A stretch of 64,000 nucleotides of DNA from Podarcis tiliguerta. Its lineage: Eukaryota. The stretch is taken from assembly GCA_965153285.1 (NCBI GenBank), contig OZ229113.1; one strand, written 5' to 3'. A model generated the notes under the pieces. That model was not told the origin of the DNA, did not search any database, and worked only from the letters and a program-made list of their open reading frames with translations. The position numbers and the translations under genes were made by a program. This document shows, in pieces, positions 55,560 through 64,000 of this stretch; positions within the stretch are counted from its first letter, which is position 1, and each line of letters begins with the position of its first letter.

Positions 55560-58500
55560 CTGCAAGCAAAAGTAGTTGTTAGACCTACATTTTTACATAG
55601 AATGCACTTCAGCTGAATTAAGGTATGACAGTATTGATTTGATATGTATCTTTTGCATCATCTCTTACATACTTCCATAATTAGTATTACAGAAAGGTTA
55701 TGCAATGAAAAATGCATTCAACCCATAAGTCTTGACCATAGCTCCAGGACTGTTTTTGCTATTTTATAAAATATTGATTGAAATTGTAGAAATCAATCAG
55801 CCTAACAGGGAAAAGCAAAACCCTCTTGCACACGTGAGTAGCCCTTGGCTGCTCTTCTTGCATCTCAAAAAGCACCCATCTCCTTTGCAGGTGTCAGTTG
55901 TACAAGATTGCTATACCCACACTGCTAAGCAGCAATGGGGATAGCACTGTTGTCATGAGGAATTGTCTCCAAGAAGCAGTGATTGTCTGCTGTAAGTTTA
56001 GATTTCTATAGATACATGCTTAGCATGAATGCCAAAAATGGAAATCGCAGAATGCATTTCCTACAAAAGAGATACAAAACGTGGGGTGTTTTGGGTGCAT
56101 TGTGTGGTAACCAAGACAAAGTGTTAATGTTCTGTAAAAAAATTCAACTACAATAACTTGCAAAATATGTAAGATTAGCACACAAATAATGCTTCTAATA
56201 GTGTAAACTAAATCATGCATATTAGTCTATAGAATAATTCTTCAAACCATGTTTTAGGAATATTAACAGTGTTGTGCACCCTTATCTCAAGCAGGTTGTT
56301 AAATTGTGATGTAGCCTACGCATAAGTGGAAGTGGAAGCAAAAATACACTCAGCAGCACCAGGCAAAGGAATTCATACAAAGTCTCGTTCCTTGCCAACA
56401 TGAGCCATGATACCAAATCTTACTTCACACTACTGTTCAGGTCCATCTTTCCAGTCATCCTTGTCCCAATGTTCTGAAGCTTTAGGGGCTTTTGGACCAC
56501 CTGCTGCTTTTGCCATAATAATCTATAGGAATTTCACATCAAGCACAGAATTCCACCAAGTTTCAATTTTAAAAGTATTTATGTAAGAGTCTGCATAATC
56601 CTTTACTGTATGAAACTGATCATTTGAAAACAGAAGCCTACCAGAAGACTACACACTGCCACATTAAGTTATACACCTTCAACTTTAACCAAATCATATG
56701 AAGCATATATAACCCAACAATACTCTAGCAGCTTCCATACCGTATTGATTTAGCCTGATACCTGAAGCAATAAAAAAGCCTATTACACCAACTTACCTGA
56801 TCAACTCTTAGGACAGTTACTGCAGCATTTGTAGCCAGCTTAATCCCCCAGAACTTCCCAAGGTATGTGTCTAATACACCAGCTTCCAACATGTCTTTCA
56901 CAGCTGCAGTTTCAGCCTGTCAAATGTTAGAAAAAGAGTTCAGCGCCTCAACTTTCTGAGCAGATACAGGATTACAATGAGAGTTCCACTGATGTCAGTA
57001 AGAGTTAAAGGTGCTAAGAATCTGCCCATGGAACAAAATGGACAGCTAGCGGGTATTAATATTGATAATCAAGCCCATAGTATTTTGCTTTGAAAGAAAA
57101 CAGTATTTCCCTATTCAAAAACATCTGTAAGCCTTACATCACAAAACAGCTAGAATAGGAAGGTCGCTAAAATAACTGTAAAAGGATTAACAAAACAAGT
57201 GGAGTTTCCCCTGCTTAAGCCTCCCCAATTGGCCCATGAACCTACCCAGTCATCCACCTAATTTGTCAGGTGCAGGACAGGTAAAGCTACAGCACAGCCA
57301 AATTCAAACAGAAGAAACTGGAGTATGCTCTAACTGCATACACACTATGCCTTTAAAGAACATTTCCCTCCTCAAAAGATCCTGGGCACTATACAGTCCC
57401 AATAACTCTTAAACCACAAAATTATTCAAGGAGAAAATGTGTTTTGCCTGTGCTTTAAAAGTATAGTGAGTATGCAGCCTAAGTGTACTCCCAATTCTTC
57501 CTTTACAGATGTGCCCATCTGATCCAGAATCCCCACCCCACCCTGCAACCATAGTTAAAGACTACTGTTCCCTTGCAGACACTCTCCTAGGGATGGCCTT
57601 CCAGAACACTGCTGCCACCACAAGCATGTTACGCTGGGCATTAGCCTTACCTCAATATCAAACCCAACATTTTTGTTGCCTTCTTGATGTACGGCGTAGA
57701 GCTTAGAAATAAGTTCATTAGCCTTAACTCCAGAATTTTCAGCCAGGGCTCGGGGTATAGCTTCAAATGCCTCAGCAAATTTCTTGATAGCATACTGATC
57801 AAGACCTGGACAAGTCTAAAGACAGAATTGGATTTTAAGTCGCATTATATGGAAAGTTAAATTTAATAAAGATATTAAGTTTGTAGCTTACCTCTCCATA
57901 TGACGTGATCTGCTTAGCCAACTCTATCTCTGTTGCACCACCACCTGGAACAAGACGCTTATCCTGCAAAAGAGTTCAAGCAACTATTTCAAGTCTTTTT
58001 TAAAATTTATCTCACTCTCTTCCTTTATATTTATTTTATCAGTATACTGTCTCATATCCCCCTGTCCCAACTAAGACAGGGGGAGGAGACAACATACTGC
58101 ACCAAACAAACTAAAAAAAAAGAGTGTATTGTAACCCATTTTTATTTTAAGTAAGCAGTAAACAATTATTGTAAACTTCTTTTTTCTAGCAGTACATAAA
58201 TATTTTTTATGAATAAATAAGGCCCTGGTGAACAGAATGGTCTACCGGGCTCCAAAAGAACTACAAGCAGAGTGGCACTCTGCTCTACTGAGGGTAGTAT
58301 ATACTATTGTATATTCCAGTATGGTAGCATTTCTGCAACTGCACATGATTAACTTTGCATTTTAACAAGCCAGTAAAATAATGCTCTACATTCCTGCATT
58401 GCCGTGGGCTGGACTTATATGAACCTCGGGGTCCCTTCCAACTCTACAATTCTATGATTCTACATAGCACTTTACTCACCCGTGTGAGTACTTTGAAAGT

Positions 58501-59091
58501 GTTGACACCATCATCAATTGCTCTTTCTACATCATCCATAAGATTGTCTGTAGAGCCACGAATTACTATTGTAGAAATGGCACCATCTTCCTTTTCTGCA
58601 GGAAAATATATCAATGTTTTACTTGTGAAATCTGACTAAATGCAAAGTTTCTATATGCAATGTATTAAAGATAACGAGTAGACTAAAATAATAAACATAC
58701 CATGTTTAAACACAACTACTTGTGTTTCCCCAACTTCTGACAAACACACACTGTCACAGTAACCAATTTCTTCTAGATTAGGTGGTGTCTGGAAAGGAAA
58801 AAGGAGGATTATGTCTATGCAAAGGAGTAGGTTTTAAAAAAACCTCTGCTGTTCTCGCTACATACCAGTCTGGGGAGGGCTGTGGCACCAACAGTTTTAC
58901 ATAGTCTCCTGAGATCCCACTTAGAATTCAGCCTTTAAGAAAGGAGATAAAATAGTGTTCAGGTGTAATTTTCATAATCTAGAAATTCTTGTTAGTACCA
59001 AACTAATTTTTCCAGGAATGTTCCCTATCAACATTTTACTTCCTGCAAAGACCCTGTTCTAGGGCCTTTTAAAATAATAATAATAATAATA

Positions 59092-59122
<31 letters not shown>

Positions 59123-62100
59123 GATGAGCTCTCTATCTAGAAAATGGGAATTTGTCTTGTATAAACACTGAAAGCACCAGTCTCTCTTAAGCAATCCAGA
59201 ACACATTCTTTCCTAAGAATGTATGTAGTGCCTGCAGGATGAGACCAAAGTATACCAAGCCCAGCAGTCTGCAATATCCCAGCAGGTACTAGCAGTCTAC
59301 CAACAGACTGCAATTTACCATCTGCCTCTCACCACTGTCCTGTTTAGGAACAAGCAGGGACTCTGGTAATGGCTCAAGGACAGTGCCCCTCCATCATATC
59401 TTGATTGGTAACAGAAGCATTAAAGTGCATTTCATTATTGACAAAAGAAATTGACAAATAATCGTACATATGTACACCTTATCATCATCATCCAAACTAC
59501 CTGAAAACCAAAACCATATTAACTGCACACTGGACTTAAATGAAATCCTTTCCATGATCAGAAAAGTGACATCTCTAGAATTCTAAAGAAAATTTGCCAC
59601 AAATTGAAGAGGGGACAATTTAAGGGCAAAAATGGTACAAAATAAAATGATGAACTGTTCTGTGCCATGATCCTGACCTGCACGGAGTACTTTCCACCCA
59701 TTCACCCCCATCTTCAGAAAGAGAGGAAAACACACACACAGGGATAATCTTGGTTGAAGTCATAATGGGATGAAACATATGTACTAATTTACACTTCAGG
59801 AAACAAATATGTTATGTATTTCAGTTAAATGAGCCAAGAAATGTAAACAATTTACATCTTTGCACAACTTACCTGAGTAACATAATATTATATTTGTTAG
59901 CATAATGAAGTGCCATGTCTGCCACTTTTCCTCCTGTAACTACAACATTTACACCAGCATCAGCAATGCTCTTGACTTGTAACTCCAGTAAGTTTTCCTC
60001 TCCTCTGCTAAAATTTGTCAGCTCAGCGGCATTCTTGATGAGTACAGTTCCCTGCAATTATAAAGCATTTCCCCCATCATTCTCATCTTCAATTCCTAGT
60101 ATGTTTTAATACAAATAACCTGAAAAACAGGCAATTCCAGAAGTGACAGCTATCATAGAACCATGTTCTAAGTAATGCACATATAGATCAACAGCAACAT
60201 GTGTCTCCAGGATTTCTAAAGTGTTTAGCAAACAAAGACTGAGCTGCTGAAGAAGCTAGAAAAAGTGATTTGTGAATCATGGATATGGTGTTTTTGCACA
60301 AGGGTTTTTTGGGGAGCATTCCAAATGAACCATTGTCAGGTATGTTCATCTAAAGAACCTAACATGGAAGGACTTCAGACACTTAAGACCCTAGTACCAC
60401 CGAACAAAAGTTTACTGAATCATGGAAATATACGACAGACAATCCATGAAAGGACTGCCTGCTGAAATCCCAGCCCAGATAAAATCAGTCAAAAATTTGT
60501 AGTCATTTTACTAACTTACTTACACACACGCACCATTCTTGTGGCATAACTGGAAAATATGCAACAAGAGATCCCTCCATTTGCCCAAGCTTTCCATGGG
60601 TGTTGGGCACCCAGGGGCAAAAAGTCACTGCAAAGTTGTGACTGCTTCCCACTGACAGTTTTGTGGATCCCTGCCTTAACACAGAACAGATTGCATTTTT
60701 AAAAGGGCTGCAGCTATTTATCTAGTTGCAGCACCACTTTTTACAGTCACGATAATAGGACTGTCCCTCTCTGTGCTAACCAAGGTTTCGCCATATTGGC
60801 CCCTGTGAACAGAACTGCACAAAGGAAGGTAGCTCTCGGCCTGGTTCACCATGCAAATGCAGACACGGAAAGGATCGCCTTGAGAAAATAAGCAACTACT
60901 ATATATACGTAAAGACATGCAGCTGCTTCATACATATTTAATACTTCCAAAGGGTGGGAAACCATACCTTAGTTTCTGTTATCATACCATCAAAAGGGCA
61001 AGAATACACAGCTATTTTGGCATCTTTGACAGAAGTAACATCACCTTCAGTTTCTTTTTTAAAAACCATGCCATGCAATACTGTAGAAGCACAAATGCCA
61101 GAACCCTGAAAAGAACAGATTATAATTACCATTCCATCCAAGTTAAGCCAATGAAATCACACTGAGTTGGATCTAGACTGTCATACTTGGGAGTAGATTT
61201 CATTGATTTTAAGAGACCTACTGCAAAGTCTGAATACAACTAATTTTTTACTTTAATTAAATTAATGTGCTATTTAATGTGAAAGCATACCTGAACTCTG
61301 ATTGTATCTGCTTAGGAACAGTTAAATTGCTACAATTTAAAGCATTTGTTTTATCATTCTTATGTTTCTATTTCAATACAGCAAATGATTCCCTACTCTA
61401 GATCTTCCCAATCTTCCCCACTGATATTTGAAGAGAAATGCTAATTATCTAATTGAAGAGAAATTCATTATCTTATTGACTGAAAGCCAGAACTCTTTCT
61501 TTTCTGCGAAATCTACTTTCGAATTTCAGAATCGGAATGTTTATATGTATCCATACCTACATATGAAGTCTCTAATCTCCCAGGAAATAGGAACAGTCTA
61601 CTAAAAATCCACAGATGGTATGTTTTTTACACCCTCTCCTGTTTTTGGCCCCAACCAAAGTTCAGACAGAACTGCTTTTCTTCAAGGTTACCATAACTAA
61701 AGCTGCAACCCTCAAGCATAGTGACCAGAAGGCAAGTTCCAGTGAAACAAAGTGCCTTCAATGTTGAGTATTACAGTACTGAAAGGAAAAGAAAGAATGA
61801 CTTACTATGATCTTGCACACTCTGATGTTGTCAACATTAAAGTGACCCGACTCGGGGAAAATAGAGACTGTGAGAGAGCGAAAAATGAAAAGTAACATGT
61901 TTTTAGGAATGGCGCCAGTGACAATATTATGCTTTATAATATGAACAAGTGTTACTCTATTTTTAGACACTGTTGCAGCTTGACAAGAGCAGCTCAGGAA
62001 AATACAGGTACCTTGGTTTAAGAACAGCCCGGTTTACAAACTATTCAGTTTATGAACTACGCAAAACCCCAAGTAGTGTCCCGGTTTGCGAACTTTACCC

Positions 62101-64000
62101 CGGTCTAAGAACGGAAGCCAAATGGTAGAAGGGCACTGGTGGTGGGGGGCCTCCTTAGGGAAAGCGTACCTCAGTTTAAGAACAGTTTCGGTTTAAGAAT
62201 GGGCCTCCAGAACGGATTAAGTTCATAAACAGAGGCACCAATGTACTCAACTGAAAAACGACATCCAACAAGAAATTAAGACAAGTGACTTTCACTACAA
62301 AAAACAAGCTTGAAACGAACATGAAAATATTTTAGGTATCAAAAACAAAATACTATGTTTAGATTTTTAAAAATGACATATACTTACCACATGCCTCAGC
62401 AATAAGCTTAGTAAGAAATATTTCACTGCCACATTGTTTACTCATTATTGAAGTTTGCAGCAAAGATGCCACTTCTTCAACATCCCGAAGATTTTTTGCA
62501 GAGCAGCACACTAGATCAGGAAGTATCTCTAAGGCTTTCTTCATAGCTTTTTCATAGCCTTCAATTAGCTAAAATTAAAGACACTAGCATGTCTGTACTG
62601 TGATGCATAAGTTGTTAAAAGTTCAAAGTCAGTTTCATATCTTAACCTCACAAAGGATTGGATTCAGACTTCCCAAGAATAAAACTCTGCCAACTGGACT
62701 CTTCCATAAGCAGAAGCAGGGAAAGTGACCAGTTTTCCCTGAAGCCCCATTCCACACAAAAAGAGCCATTTTGACAGGGACATCTGGATCCAACCCAATC
62801 TCCACAAGGCAAAATAGGACACAATTAGGAATGGAAAAATTAAGAGGATAAACAAGAGACTGAGTTTCATACACAATTATTCAAAGATCCTAGAATACTA
62901 ATTTGAATTGCAATAATCTGAACAAAATAAAAGATTACCTCTGAAACAGAAAGTCCCATTCTTAGAAGCTCCTCTGCATGTTCTAGGAGGGCTCCAGCAA
63001 ACACAAGAACAAAATTTGTTCCATCACCAACTTCTTGCTCTTGCATGTGAGAAGCCAAGGCAATCATTTTTGCAGCTGGATGTTGAACCTGTTTAAGATT
63101 TTGTATCAGAGAACACTATTAAGCACACTTGTGTATATTCAGTAACTAATAGCATGCTTCAATATGTATTATGCTGCATTACAAAGTCAAAACATTTAAC
63201 TAATTCAGTGCACCTAAATCTTATTATGCGGCAACAGTCATTAAAACACATATGTGAAATAGCAAAACTTTGGCGTAATTAACAAGTTCTTCATACAATC
63301 TTAGCAGCACACATTTCTTATAATCATGCTAATTCAACACTGATATACACAAAGCTGCCTGTACCACAAATTTCTATCCATCCCATACACCCCACCCAAA
63401 GGTGTCTTTGGACCCCTTCACAGGGAAACAACACAGGCCTAGAAAAGCTTAGCTTGTAACAGATAGCATACACAATGTTTCGCCATAAATAATCCTCATG
63501 TACAAGTCAATATATCCTTAGCAGACTACAAATGAATAAGGCAGGAAGGAATTTACCTCCAACTCTCTTAGGATGGTAGCAGCATCATTAGTAACAAAAA
63601 GCTTCTCCAAATGATTGATAACCATTTTGTTCATCCCTTTAAAAAAAAAAAAAGAACACCTCAAGTATGTGAATGACAATTTAATATAACTAGACAGTGT
63701 TATGAAATGTGAATTAGTTTCAGGATTTAATTCTATCTAATTCTCCTGGCGTGCTCTGGTCCATGGGGTCACGAAGAGTCGGACACGACTAAACGACTAA
63801 ACAACAACAACAAATTCTCCAAACAAATCATGGCATTGTTCCTGGGTTTATCAACAAACAAAAGCATCATAAGCTGTATTTCTTAATACATACTACATAG
63901 TCACCCTAAATTCCTCTTTTTAAGGTTATAATTTATGAATATTTTAAAAAGTCTTACCATTTGGTCCATAGGCTGTGCGAGTTGTTTGAGCAAGCTCTTT
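55482..64000 (-). CDS. CCT8: T-complex protein 1 subunit theta (TRiC/CCT chaperonin), 5'-partial
   Basis: Exons 5'->3': 63958-64000 (partial, KELAQTTRTAYGPN), 63557-63636, 62939-63088 (QEQEVGDGTNFV), 62388-62568, 61806-61867, 60968-61105, 59873-60051, 58866-58932, 58701-58788, 58480-58595, 57892-57963 (RLVPGGGATEIE), 57651-57815, 56797-56916, 55482-55559. The GDGTN variant of the ATP-binding motif is characteristic of theta. Confidence 0.96.
56424..56522 (-). CDS. CCT8: Duplicated alternative CCT8 C-terminal cassette exon IIMAKAAGGPKAPKASEHWDKDDWKDGPEQ* (coding 56430-56522)
   Basis: Phase-0 acceptor ttcctatag|ATT, paralogous to the last exon, TAG at 56430-56432, then TGTGAA|GTAAGA donor. Confidence 0.8.
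59073..59121. repeat. (AAT)n microsatellite
   Basis: Near-perfect AAT run. Confidence 0.9.
62004..62243. mobile_element. Degenerate Tigger-like MITE in CCT8 intron 5
   Basis: GGTACCTTGGTTTAAGAAC ... GTTCATAAACAGAGGCACCAATG|TA. Resembles copies A and B. Confidence 0.6.
63747..63812 (+). mobile_element. RTE/Bov-B LINE 3' end, heavily 5'-truncated
   Basis: GTCCATGGGGTCACGAAGAGTCGGACACGACTAAACGACTAAAC(AAC)n with TSD AATTCTCC at 63739-63746 and 63813-63820. Confidence 0.8.

Noticed and set aside
56424-56522. Reading the second CCT8 tail as a misassembly or processed pseudogene fragment
   Set aside because: It is too diverged for an assembly duplication, begins exactly at the exon boundary with its own AG and GT, and differs mostly at synonymous sites.

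Overview
Vertebrate genomic DNA, most likely a squamate and probably a lacertid lizard, judged from Sauria SINEs, Bov-B tails, Penelope, CR1/L2 remnants and Tigger/hAT MITEs. It carries the gene block LTN1(-), RWDD2B(-), USP16(+), CCT8(-), in the same order as human chr21. I reconstructed the exons by hand from GT/AG boundaries and phase. LTN1 is complete (30 coding exons, 1763 aa). RWDD2B has 4 coding exons (290 aa) and USP16 has 17 (827 aa); the two share a bidirectional CpG-island promoter. CCT8 runs from exon 2 (partial) to its last exon. Top finding: CCT8 has a second, diverged copy of its last coding exon (56424-56522). It looks like a 99-nt stop-containing cassette exon that swaps the chaperonin subunit's C-terminal tail, should escape NMD, shows mostly synonymous divergence, and has adjacent downstream QKI (ACUAAU) and RBFOX (UGCAUG) motifs. 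Other findings: a minimal hammerhead ribozyme in a Penelope remnant, an inverted MITE pair and a possible cryptic exon in the last RWDD2B intron, and candidate uORFs. All coordinates were read by eye and no database searches were run.
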